Source of the DNA: Octopus bimaculoides
Lineage: Eukaryota
Assembly: GCF_001194135.2 (NCBI RefSeq)
Contig: NC_068984.1
Span: 66,453,950 to 66,517,949, forward strand
DNA: 64,000 nucleotides
Direction: 5' to 3'
Notes under the pieces: model-generated
The model's database searches: none
What the model saw: only the letters and a program-made list of their open reading frames with translations
Told to the model about the DNA's origin: nothing
Program-made: the position numbers and the translations under genes
Part shown: piece by piece, positions 51,355 through 62,754 of the stretch
Layout: every line of letters starts with the position of its first letter
Position numbering within the stretch: the first letter of the stretch is position 1

Positions 51355-51374
51355 ATCATCACCACCACCATCGC

Positions 51375-51411
<37 letters not shown>

Positions 51412-51595
51412 GTTGTTGTTTTTATGTCCTCTTCCCTATACATGCATGGGTTGGATGGAATTTTTTTGCAGCAGATTTTCTATGGCTGGATGCCCTACCC
51501 TCACTCATTTTCAAATAAAGGTAATATTTCCCCATGACTAGACACCTTTCTGCAGAGTATTGGAAGTGAAGGACACTGCCTGCATGGTGAGCCAG
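51355..51595 (-). mobile_element. SINE/RTE tail fragment with (GAT)n
   Basis: CATGCATGGGTTGGATGG...GCTGGATGCCCT...AAGGTAATATTTCCCCATG. Confidence 0.7.
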
Positions 51596-51602
51596 AGGTT
51601 GA

Positions 51603-52245
51603 ACCAGGCTCAATCTGATCTAGCAAAGTTTCTATAGCTGGATGCCCTTCCTAATGCCAACCACTCTGAGAGTGTAGTGGGTGCTTCTACATGCCACCAG
51701 CATGAGGGTCAGTCAGGCGGTTCTGGCAACGACCACGCTCAAAAGGTGTTTTCACGTGCTACCTGCATGGGAGCCAGTCCAGTGTCACTGGCAACAACCT
51801 TGCTTGAATATTGATTTTCACATGCCACCAGCACATGTGCTGTAAGGTGACGCTGGCAATGATCACACTCAAATGGTGCTTTTCATGTGTTACTTGCATG
51901 GGAGCCAATCTGTGGCCCTGGCAATGATCATGCTCGGATGTGCTTTTAACATTCCACTGGCACAAGTGTCAATCTAGCAGTACTGACATCGGCCACATCA
52001 GTGATTTTGATTTTGACTTCACTTGCTTCAATAGGTCTTCACAAGCAAAGTTTATTGTCCAATGAATGAGGGGTATTCATAAGTGGGCTGGTTACACCCA
52101 CTGGTATAGGCTATGGTCTCACTTGGCTTGTTGGGTCTTCTCAAGCACAGCATATCTCCAAAGGTCTCAGACACTAGTCATTGCCTCGGTAAGGCCCAAT
52201 GGTTGAAGGTCGGGCTTCACCACCTCCTTCCAGGTTTTCCTGAGT
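51603..52245 (-). mobile_element. RTE LINE 3' end (ORF tip and 3' UTR with 5 internal repeats)
   Basis: Collinear with 30480-31110. Confidence 0.88.
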
Positions 52246-53211
52246 CTGGAAGAATTATCAAAAAGGATTTTAGCATTGACCCTGTCATGTTTTTAGCGTT
52301 TCCTTGGATTACATTATCCATTGTATCTTTCATTTGTTTTAAGTTATTAGGGTGTGATTTGAGGGATATTGAGGTATTTGTTTGCTATGTTTAGTAAGTC
52401 AATGATCATGTAAAGGCTTTCTCTCTCGCTTACATTTTGTTGCTGGTGGAGAAAACAACTACAAATTACAAGTTTTATAGTATTTTGCTCAATGTTTCTT
52501 TGTACTTATTTTAAATCTGACTGAGCCCTGCCTCAATTTTACTTCAACATATCTCTAAAACCATATCTTTAAATATTAGTACAAAATGTGGTGAATGGTT
52601 GGTTGTGACAATTCAATTGCCTATAGCTCTCTTCTAAAAGAATTCCTATTGTTCCTTGTTAAACAATGTCAATATTTGCAATATCTCCATCAATAATGCC
52701 ATTGTTTGCTCAATTTGATAAGAACTAAAAAAAGAAGAAAAGTAATATTTGAAAAAAAGAAACGTTAAGAAAACCAGTCAAAATTTATCAAATTATGTAA
52801 TTTCCGAATTACTGGGTTTGTAAATATTATCTTTAAAATAATCATCAGCTCTTATTACCATTACAAGCTATCTTAATGAGAAGAAGAAAGTGAGAAGGAG
52901 AGACAAAGGGAGAGAGAGAGAGAGAGGGGAGAGGGAGAGGAGAGAGAGAAATGAAAATAAAGTAAAAACAAAACAGAGCAAGGGAAGAATTAGAGTTTTA
53001 ATGTAGAACAGCTGAGTGGTTAAGATATAAGGATTTTAAATATGGTTTCTTGGGTTCAAACTTTAGACTACATTTGAGTATTTATGTAGAAAATTTAAAA
53101 AAGAAAAACAAAATGCATTGTAAAGTCACAAATAATGCCTAAATAGTATTTTAGCTGATATTTTGGATCCAACACTGCACAGAAGGTGTGTTGATATTTA
53201 TAGCTCTAAGA

Positions 53212-53420
53212 CAGTGAGCTGGCAGAAGTGTTAGTGTGTAGTGCAAAATGCTTAGCATTTCATGTGGCTTTATGTTTTGACTTCAAATGCAGCCAGGGTG
53301 GACTTTGCTTTTCATCCTTTTAGGGTCCATGAAATAAGCACGAGCTGAACACTGGGGTCAATGTAATTGACTTACTCCCTTTCCCAATGCTGCTGGCCGT
53401 TTGCCAAATTTTGAAACTGA
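53212..53420 (+). mobile_element. SINE family D
   Basis: GTGAGCTGGCAGAAGTGTTAG...GCTGGCCGTTTGCCAAATTTTGAAA. Confidence 0.85.
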
Positions 53421-53476
53421 TTGTATTTATAACTTTATCTACTTTAAGTTCTACTATTCAAATTAATTTAATTTAA

Positions 53477-53506
<30 letters not shown>

Positions 53507-53510
<4 letters not shown>

Positions 53511-53847
53511 GGAGGTGTTATTCAACGCAGGTGTTATTCAAATTCTTTTACTTCTGACACATGTTTCAAAGATATCACTGGTATTATTCCAAAGGTATAA
53601 AATGGTGTAAAACCATGTAATCTTCTCTTCAGGGAAATGAAGAAAGGAAACTCGTCAATAGGAAAGACATAGGTATGGTTTTATAGTTAAGAAGTGTGTG
53701 ACACATTGGCTAAGTGCTTTCTACCTTAGCTTCAGGTTAATATTGACAAGTTCCATTTTATTCATTTGGAATAATACCAATGATATCTTCGAAACATGTG
53801 TCGGAAGTAAAAGAATTTGAATAACACCTGCATTTAACTCCATTTAT
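53507..53847. mobile_element. Penelope-like inverted pseudo-LTR structure (~85-bp arms) with hammerhead, in (TA)n
   Basis: Arms 53507-53593 and 53765-53847 are reverse complements; minus strand 53636-53552 reads TTCC CTGAAGA GAAGAT...ATCTTT GAAA CA-TG-TG T C AGAA. Confidence 0.75.
53659..53741 (+). repeat. 83-bp inverted copy of local sequence 54979-55063
   Basis: About 5 substitutions and a 2-nt indel; shares the private deletion of that SINE copy and its flank. Confidence 0.92.
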
Positions 53848-54005
53848 TTATTTATATATATTATACAAAATATGTCACGTAAACCCAGAGTTTCTACCAT
53901 TAAAACCAGAAGTTACAACTTTTCACTTGTGTGATTTCTTTACTACCCTGATAACTATTTATCTATTCTTTCCGTGTTAATTGTTAACAAGGGAAAAATA
54001 CACAC

Positions 54006-54049
<44 letters not shown>

Positions 54050-54074
54050 NNNNNNNNNNNNNNNNNNNNNNNNN

Positions 54075-54107
<33 letters not shown>

Positions 54108-54111
<4 letters not shown>

Positions 54112-54315
54112 TACTTGCATAGCAAATGACTTGATCTGAGATCGTGTGCTGAAACAAAAACAATTGCAGCATGAAGTGTTGTCAGTGAACAGGTCGCGGT
54201 TTCAAAGCGATGAAAATATTTAGAGACAAATTAAATTTAAACATTGAAATGAATCTAATGGTTTTTTTGTGAGTTCTTAAATGGCTTATAAACATCTTCC
54301 ATGCTGCAACTGTTT
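54108..54315. mobile_element. Unclassified repeat with ~23-bp internal inverted arms, between (GA)n and (TA)n
   Basis: AAACAATTGCAGCATGAAGTGTT (54158-54180) versus AACATCTTCCATGCTGCAACTGTTT (54291-54315). Confidence 0.45.
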
Positions 54316-54689
54316 TATATATATACACACTTATGCTCACACACACACGTGTATATATACATATATATAAAGAAAAAATCCAGGGGAATAATTACAAGGT
54401 AGCTAAATGTTGCTTAAGTGTCCCAGGATTTATATATATATGCACACAGACACATGCTGTATTAGAGGTGTTCAAGAGTGACAACAGAAACATTTTCTGA
54501 TGAGAGGACAACAAAATTGAGAGCTAAATTTATTATGAAATGTGGGTTGACTCACTTGGACATTAAGCTTTTGCCTTATCCGACCAGGCTGAAAAGGGCA
54601 TCAGGTGAAACTTGAAGTCTCAGACAACACAGATTTTTATACTAAGATATACATGTATATATACACACAAACACATCATCGTTATAGTT

Positions 54690-55060
54690 ATAATGTCCAC
54701 ATTTCAATGCTTGCATGGGTTAGATGGGATTCAAAGGGACAGGTTTTCCTGCTGATAGCCATTGTCTGTTTTCAAGAAATGTAAAATTCTATCCTAGCTG
54801 AATATGTTTTCATCTAAGATTTCTAAGATTGGAAATAGATGGCACTACATGTGTGACAATGATACTCTTTTACAACAATCATGCAAGGTCAAGACAACAC
54901 AACACAAAACAAACACCACTCACTCATATGTTGAGTCGGTTTCAGTTTTCATTTACCAAATCCACTCACAAGGCTTTGATTGGCCTGAAGCTAAAGTAGA
55001 AAGCACTTAGCCAATGTGTCACACACTTCTTAACTATAAAAAACCATGCCTATGCCTTTC
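54690..55060 (-). mobile_element. SINE family A RTE-tail variant with deleted head
   Basis: Tail 54690-54790, middle to 54935, head remnant to 55055. Confidence 0.75.
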
Positions 55061-55779
55061 CTAAAGCCAAACACTATACAGTGTACTGGGTTCTTTTTTC
55101 CATGGTACCAACACTAATGATGTCACTGTGTAACTCACAACATGAAAATGCCTTCTTTATTGAGTGGAAGTATAGATCAAAAGAAAATGGCTTTGTGGTA
55201 AGTATTGAGAGAGAGGTTGACGTATGATAGAAGGGATATAAACAAGTTTGTTGCTATTGAGGAGATACATAGCAACTCTGCATTAGATAATGTTGGGTGA
55301 GAGTAATTGGCATGCAGCTAGAGAGATAAAGATGGTGATGGAAAGGTGTCAGAGAAAATCCTCATGATGTAAGGGAAATAGAAGAGAATGTAGGAAACAA
55401 CCGAGAGATGGAAGTTGAGGTGAATGTGGTGAATGATGAACAAGTGCGGAGGAATAGTCAGTGGTACACATGAGTTGTGGGAAGAGTTATACAAATAAGA
55501 AATTGGTTAATTTTATTTTATTTTAAGCCAATAAATATTTTTCTTTTGAAAATAGGTATTAATTTCAACTTTTTTTTATAGGTACCAAATAACTTCATAA
55601 GAGTTAAATTATAATCATTGTCTTTGTGCTATTGTTTCTTGATGTTACCTATGGTAGAATTGTTTAAACTGGATGGAACCTGGGATGAAGTAGTTAGGGT
55701 GTAGTTAGGGTCAATTACTAGATGTTGAGCCTAATAGAGGAGATGACAGTGCACCAAGGTATGTGATGATATGAAGTTC

Positions 55780-55942
55780 TTGAAGAAATCCATCTACTCA
55801 GCAAAAATAAGTTCTGGAAGCAGTGAAGACTGATCTCAAGATATTGAATGTCACAGAAGATATATAAAAAAAACGAAATGTCTGATGATTTGAAGTTCTT
55901 CAAATCATCTTAAGTTCTTAAGAAGACCCATCCACCTCAGTG
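55780..55942 (+). mobile_element. RTE ORF-end fragment containing an 11-bp perfect hairpin (55884-55909)
   Basis: AVKTDLKILNVTED...VLKKTHPPQ; GATGATTTGAA GTTC TTCAAATCATC. Confidence 0.6.
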
Positions 55943-57454
55943 AGACTGAGTTCTGGAAGTGCTGTGTATTATGTCCTCCACACCCACACATTACATTAAT
56001 CCACTTGCCTCCAATGAACCAAACTACATCTCATTATGCACTACACTTTTCTCTCTCTCTCTCTCTCTATCTCTTTTCCCCCACTCCTTTCTCCTTTATA
56101 CCAATGCCACTTTGTCATCTCTCTTTCTCTCCCCCACCCCAGCCAACTGTATCATTGCTATCTTGTCAATCCCTATCTACTTGTGTTCACCACTCACTGC
56201 ATTTCCTTCTCTTCCACCTCCCTTGTGAACCTCCTACTCTATTACCTTGTCCAATCAATCCGTACCACTCCACTTACATTCAACTCCCTGTAGGTTGAGA
56301 GTATGCCCTCCTATAACTTCACCACCATCTCTCTCACTCCCCCTGTTTCTTTTCCCTCCATTTTCTCTCATTCTGAACAAGGTAACCATGTAGCTCCTCT
56401 ACAACAAGAAAGTTGTTGATGTTAGGAACCATACAAAAGCTAGGCGCAGCCTTCTGGCTTGCTAGCTCCAGTCAAACAAAATGGATATTAAATGATGATG
56501 ATGAAGATGATGATATATATATAGAGAGATAGATATAGATACACACACACAGACACACACACACACACACACAGACACACACACACACACACATGCACTA
56601 TTTAAGTAGATAGATGTTAAAATATAAATAACATCCTAAACCATAGAAAGTTTCTTTAAAATTCGGCATGTCATCAGCAAGATGAAAATAGATATAATGA
56701 CATAATATTCAAGTGTTCCTGTTTCTGTAAGTCATTAGATATCTTATTATTGGAAATCAGTAAGAATTTGAAAATTTTTCAAAGAATTTGAAGGAAAGTT
56801 CCATGTTATAATCATATTTAACATATATCCAGCCAATATCGAGGCATTTTAAAGAATTAATGATGATTTATTCAATTCTGGCTGCTACCATTGGTTTGTA
56901 TAGTTTATATTATTCTGAATCCATAAGAAATTGAAGTAATGTTCCATGTTTTGAAGATAATTTTATGAATATCAAGAACATAGTAATTTCTCATATTATA
57001 TAAACCTACAAATTTCAGCAACCAGAATATGGACCATGCTCAATGTTAAGAAAAAAGAACATAAAACTGTAATATATATTATTATTATCAAATACATTAT
57101 ACATGTATACATATAAATTCTTCAGCACCACCTTAACTCTGTGTATATGTGTGCATTCATACATATTTTTCAGAGATATTAAATTCCTGGAGAGGTTTTA
57201 AATCCAGTAGGTACATGTTGTTTCAGTTCTTCTGTGTTTTTAATGATTTTTTTTTTCTGTTGCCTGGAGAATGGTGGGCTTTGACAGATCATACTCTCCA
57301 TGATACATGTAAAAAAAATGGAGCTTTGTTTGCTGGTTACATGCTTCAGGTTATTATTTATAATGTTACAATGGGATGATTATTAGATATCATATCTGAT
57401 ATGCTATGAAACAAATGCAGATAACTCCCCATATATATCATCATCATCATCATT

Positions 57455-57700
57455 ATTATTTTAACATCCACTTTTCTGAGCTTGAATGGATCAGATGGAA
57501 TTTGTTCAGAGAGATTTTCTATTCCCTTCTTTTTGCCAACCTTCATCTGTTTCCAAGCAAGGTAATATTTCCCTTCGACCAAGCTTGCTTTTCAGGGAAT
57601 ATCAGGAAAGACTGAAAATGAATGATGCCACTTATGTGACAGGTGTGCTCATTTACAGCTATCACATGATGTCAAGGCAAGGATATGCACAAATAAGTAC
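57455..57700 (-). mobile_element. SINE family A RTE-tail variant, 3' part
   Basis: CCAAGCAAGGTAATATTTCCC...TATCACATGATGTCAAGGCAAGGA. Confidence 0.75.
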
Positions 57701-57785
57701 ACCCACATAATACAGTATGGTAGATAAGGCAATTAACTACATTATTTACATTTGATGGATATTTGTCCTCATCTTGTTTGTTGTT

Positions 57786-57828
57786 AACACATTTCGGCTG
57801 ACATACCCACCAGCCTTCATCAGGTGTC
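57786..57828 (-). ncRNA. Degenerate minimal type I hammerhead ribozyme
   Basis: GACAC CTGATGA A GGCTG-GTGGGTATGT-CAGCC GAAA T GTGTT; stem III/cleavage triplet appear deleted. Confidence 0.65.
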
Positions 57829-57883
57829 TTGGGAAAATTTCGAACCTGAGTTCTCATTCCTAAGGTATTTTTTGATGTTGATA

Positions 57884-57939
<56 letters not shown>

Positions 57940-57943
<4 letters not shown>

Positions 57944-58014
57944 TCACTGCTTGGAATCAAACTCGGAATCTTGGGGTTAGTAGCCCATGCTCTTAATCAC
58001 TACACCATATACCC
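57940..58014 (-). pseudogene. tRNA-Ser(GCT)-like module within the Penelope 3' region
   Basis: GGTGTAGTGATTAAGAGCATGGGCTACTAACCCCAAGATTCCGAGTTTGATTCC resembles tRNA-Ser GTGGTTAAGGCGATGGACTGCTAATCCA; A and B boxes present, long variable arm absent. Confidence 0.6.
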
Positions 58015-58599
58015 ATGGGCAATTATGGAGTGAATTTTAGGGCTTATAAATCTAATATTTTCCTATCCTTCCTCAATACCGGTTCCCATATGCTATTCAT
58101 ACCTGCACTCGGTCTGCTTAGGAGGTTGTTGTGTCCTAGCGTATGTGCTGCTTTTTTTAGTTTTCGTATTTTACAGTGGTGTTCTCTGTCTATAATTTTA
58201 CCTTCATCCCACAGTAGGAGGTGGTCTCCATTTTTCCATACATGATCAGCTATACCCGATTTATCAATATCTCCTCATGTCATAGCTTTGCGATGTTCCT
58301 CTACTCTTATTTTGAGGGGGTGGGTAGCATGTTTCGCCTTTGTATGACCTACAACAGCTACATGGGATGGAGCACACACAGTTTTTGGTAAAATTCTCTT
58401 CTACTGGTGGTTTTACTCGGAGGAGATATTTGTGAAGTGTCGTATTACTCTTGAATACTGTCCTGATGTCATATGGGCCGCATATCTTTTGTATCTTTGT
58501 GTAGGTCATACAAAGGTGAAACATGCCGCTGAAATATCTGATGTCAGGCAAAGCCAAATAGGTGGTGACAAAACAGCTGTACCAAAATGTCTCACACTC

Positions 58600-58990
58600 A
58601 TTGACATTTACCTATAAATGGGTAGGTTGTATGTTGTTTGTGTGTGAAGTGTGGTGCTATGTGGTAGACTAGAGATGTCCATTCAATGCAGAAAATGTAT
58701 GAAGGTTGGAAGAAAACGAAGCAAGCATGTCATACACACAGTGGATGTGCAATGTTAGTGTGTATGGGTGATGTGTTACAGAAGAGCTGAATGAAAATCT
58801 AGGTATAAGAAGAAATAAATGTAATGTACAGACAGACAACTGTATGTGGACATACAGCTGATGCATATGGCTGGTAACAGATGGGTAAAGACATGTTTGA
58901 AGATAAGGTGGATGGAAACCAAGATGACAAAGGCAAACATGAACAAAGCTGGGAAAAGCTGATTTTAGGATGTTAAATTTCCCACGGATG
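58600..58990 (+). mobile_element. Decayed RTE LINE ORF fragment
   Basis: SVVLCG...AENV*RLEENEASM...WMCNVSV...ENLGIRR. Confidence 0.7.
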
Positions 58991-59201
58991 ACAAAGGAAC
59001 ACTACAGATAGCAAGACATGAAGCTCACACCTATTTCAGTTACTGATGTAGCTCTCACCTACAGAAACTCTTTTGAAATCATTGTCAGAGCTATTCTTGT
59101 TAAAGGAAGGTAAGCTGTACTCTACAAAAGGTTTTGAGTAGTCTTTCAGTTTAATATAAAAACTGTTTGTGTTATAACATAAGAAAAATAATCATTCACA
59201 T

Positions 59202-59237
<36 letters not shown>

Positions 59238-59679
59238 GTTTTACGTCTTTCCTGTGACGCAAGCTGTAGAAAATGTTTTGACAAATCCAAGTGTTGCATG
59301 CAAGCACAGGAAAGAATGTTATAATGATGATATGAGTGTATATAAACACACACATACACACACACATGCACATGCACACACACATGCACACACATGCACA
59401 CACACACACACATGCATACATATACGAATACACACATATTTTGACAAAATGCTTTGCTTGTGACTGTACTCACTCTACCTCCACAATATAACACATTGAG
59501 ATATGGCTTTTCTCCTGTTTGTATGCAGTGTATATGTAATAAACAGTGTATAATATTTATTTATATGAAGCAGCTGTTGATTTTTCAGTAGATTGTCAAC
59601 TATGATAAAATTAATTGTTGGAATTATCTGTGGTATTTCAGTGCTAGTGATATGCTGAAAGATACCTGCGAAAAATGGA

Positions 59680-60260
59680 TGATGCTTGTACTTGTTGTTG
59701 TAGTGGAGATGATGATGTTGGTGTTTATAGTGATGTTGATAGAGGTATGTGGTGGTGATTCTAGTTATGATAAGCTGGAAGATATGCTTTACACAATTAT
59801 AATGGAAATTTATTAATGCTGATGGTATTAGTCTTGGCTGTGTTGGAGTGATGCATCGATGGAGGGATGGTTGTATTACTTGGTGGTTGTGGTGCTAGTG
59901 TTATTATAATGATTAGTAACTGCAGCAAATGTTGTAGTAGTAACTGCTATTGCGATGGTAGTGGATGTAATGATGATGATGATGATGATGAGATGTGAAT
60001 TATTTCATTGTATAGTTAAGGTGATAGTACTAAGTGTTGTATATGATAATAATGATGATGGTGGTGGTGGTAGTGGTGCAGAGGATGAGGACAATGATGG
60101 TGATGATTGTGGAAGTGGTGGTGGTGAGAGCACTGGTCGTGATATAAAAAATATTTCCTTGTAAAGTTAAGGTAATAGTACTAGCAGGCATGTCTGATGA
60201 TGGTGATGATGTTGATAGTGGTGGTAAGGTTGATTATGAAGATGATAATGAAGATAGTGG

Positions 60261-60291
<31 letters not shown>

Positions 60292-60560
60292 GGTAGTTTT
60301 GGTGGTGCCAGTGGCAATGATGATGTGAATGGTGATAATGATGATGACGATGATTAGAAGAATAGGAAGAAACTGAGTGAAGATTGAGGTACTGATAATG
60401 AAAGTGTATCAGCTGTAGTATGTAGTAGATGTAGTGGTTTATGAATATCATCATTATCATATTCTTCATAATCATTATCATCATCATCATTGTCAAAAGG
60501 TGGTGGTGATTGTTGTTGTTACTGCTGTTGTTGTTGTCATCATTACCATTGTGAATAATG
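59680..60560. repeat. Long degenerate (GAT/GGT/GTT)n triplet block
   Basis: Direct inspection. Confidence 0.9.
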
Positions 60561-60783
60561 TGTAATTAAATCAAAATAAAATTTGCTTTCGATAATCTCA
60601 AAGATTATAGTTTAGACTCACAAAATGTCATCATATCTCAATTTTATTTATTTCATTTCATGCCTACTCACACCTTGGCAATTACATTATTGAGTTTTAA
60701 TTCAAGGGGCACCAGATAAATTTTAAAATAAAGATATTTATATTAAAAGCAAAAAACAAAAAAAAAAACAAAAGTATATCTAT

Positions 60784-60935
60784 AGGCACAGGCATGGCTG
60801 TGTGGTAAGAAGTCTGCTTCCCAACCACATAGTTCCAGGTTCACTCCCACTGTGTGGCACCTTGAACAAGTGTCTTCTGCTATAGCCTCAGGCTGACCAA
60901 AGCCTTGTGAGTGGATACTGAAAGAAGTGCATCAT
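60784..60935 (+). mobile_element. SINE family A, 5' part
   Basis: GGCACAGGCATGGCTGTGTGGTAAG...GCCTTGTGAGTGGAT. Confidence 0.85.
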
Positions 60936-60983
60936 ATATATATATATAAATATATCCATGTGTGTATATCTGTATATAAAATT

Positions 60984-61285
60984 TGCATGGCTTAGTGGTT
61001 AGGGCATTCAACTCACGATTGTAACGTCATGAGTTCAATTCCCAGCAACATGCTGTGTCCTTATTTCACGTAGCTCTATCCCACTCAGCTGGCAAAAGTG
61101 AGTTGTATCTGTATTTCAAAGGGCCAGCCATGTCACACTCTGTGTCATACTGAATCTCCGTGAGAACTACATTAGAGGTACATGTAACTGTGGATTGCTC
61201 AGCCATTTGCCTGTTAATTTCATGAACAAGCTGTTCCATTGATCGTATCAGCTGGGACCCTCATCATTGTAACCAACAGAGTGCT
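60984..61285 (+). mobile_element. tRNA-headed SINE family C
   Basis: GGCTTAGTGGTTAGGG...GAGTTCAATTCCC...TTTCAAAGGGCCAGCC...GATCGTATCAGCTGGGACCC. Confidence 0.85.
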
Positions 61286-62083
61286 CCTATATCAATATAC
61301 ACATCTCTCTTGCTCTCACTGATTCATCAGCCCCTACTACCACTTTAGCTAGTACAATAAATACCTATGTCTTTTTTAAGAAACTTGACCGTTATATCCT
61401 ATACTTCCTACCTTTTTGAGGTTTACTACTCACTTTAGTACACTCCACGTACAATTTTCTTTACCTATCTCCTCACCTTAGTGCCTCTTCCACCTCCCAC
61501 TTCTCACACATATTCCTTCCTTACTTCTTTATTTCTTCCTTCTATCCCCACCCCTGCTATTCCTTTTATCCTGATAGCCCTCCTCTCCCATCTCCCTCTC
61601 AATATATTGACCACACAGCCATACTTGTGCCATTGTCTTTTAGAAATAGATATTGTTGCTATTATGTTAAACTGTTGTATGTCCAAATTCAGCCAAATGC
61701 ATTTTTTCAATATTGATTTTTGCTTGCAATAGCCAGTTCTTTTGGTCAAACCATCATATCTCCAGCTGCTTCAGATGCCAAAATATCAAACATTGTCAAA
61801 GTGTAGTACAACAGTTTTGTTATAGAATGGCGAAGTTATTTTTTTGTTTTCTTAAAAAGCAACGTTTTGGACTTACGGCACTTTTGCATAATAGCAACGA
61901 TATATAAGTACAACTAGCTAGATGGTCATGAAGTGAGTCTCTTTGATCTTAGTACAGTTGAATCAAAACTAATGAGGAAACAATACTAAAAACAATGATC
62001 AAAGAAGGATAGTTCATCGTAGTTTGTATGAAATACTTGGAGTACAGAAATCCAATATATTTACAGATGGATAATATTTGTGA

Positions 62084-62737
62084 CTAGCTGGCACCATGCC
62101 ATCAAAAACGATGGCTAATTGCAGTATTTTATATATAAATAAGGTACAAAACCAAGTTTTTAGTTCAATAATCCTTTTATTACCAAATATTTTGTGGAAA
62201 ATCTCTCCGCAACTAACATCCCTTGACTGCTCGTTTCCTTCAAAAAAGTTTTAAAGTTTTCCTTCTTTCTTGTATGACTTAAGGCCACATAAAGCTGGCC
62301 ATGATTAAATACGGGATAGAATATTGATGGTAAATCAAATTAAAAGACTTGTCAATGTTATCTGGTCGTTGTCTTTTGAGATGTGACAGTGATCATCATT
62401 TGTTACTGATAGAATGCTAATTCACACATACAAACATTCACATACTTCCCTTGCACACACACACACACACACACTTACATAAAGTTGAAATGCTGTTTGA
62501 CTTTTGTTTTCAGCATTGACTGTTCACCATCCCACTTCCATTGCATAGACACACGCACACACACTCACACATACCTCCCTTTTACATACACATGCGCTGT
62601 TTGATATTTTTTCACCGTAGAGTTTCCATCATCCCACTACCAAGTTTGCCATCACCCCTTCCTTCCTTATTCATTTATCACCCCTTCCTTTCTCATTGTT
62701 GTGACAGAGAAAAACACAAGAGTATTATTATAGTAGA
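62084..62737 (-). mobile_element. Complete non-autonomous Helitron retaining the PIF1 helicase C-terminus
   Basis: A|TCTACTATAATAAT 5' end; FDLPSIFYPVFNHGQLYVALSHTRKKENFKTFLKETSSQGMLVAERFSTKYLVIKGLLN* (62339-62160); hairpin GCCATC-N6-GATGGC; CTAG|T 3' end. Confidence 0.88.
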
Positions 62738-62754
62738 TTATTAGCATCAATAAT

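Larger units (their letters stand above)
57738..58500 (-). mobile_element. Penelope-like element 3' part: GIY-YIG endonuclease remnant, tRNA-like module, (AAT)n, pseudo-LTR with hammerhead
   Basis: KIQKICGPYDIRTVFKSNTTL...CVCSIPCSCCRSYKGET / PLKIRVEEHRK...KSGIADHVW...W..KIIDRE...RKLKKA...LLSRPS...IWEPVLR* (stop 58044-58046). Confidence 0.92.

Noticed and set aside
59680-60560. Long G-rich triplet block as a structural element (quadruplex or triplex)
   Set aside because: Degenerate microsatellite typical of this genome; no specific evidence of function.
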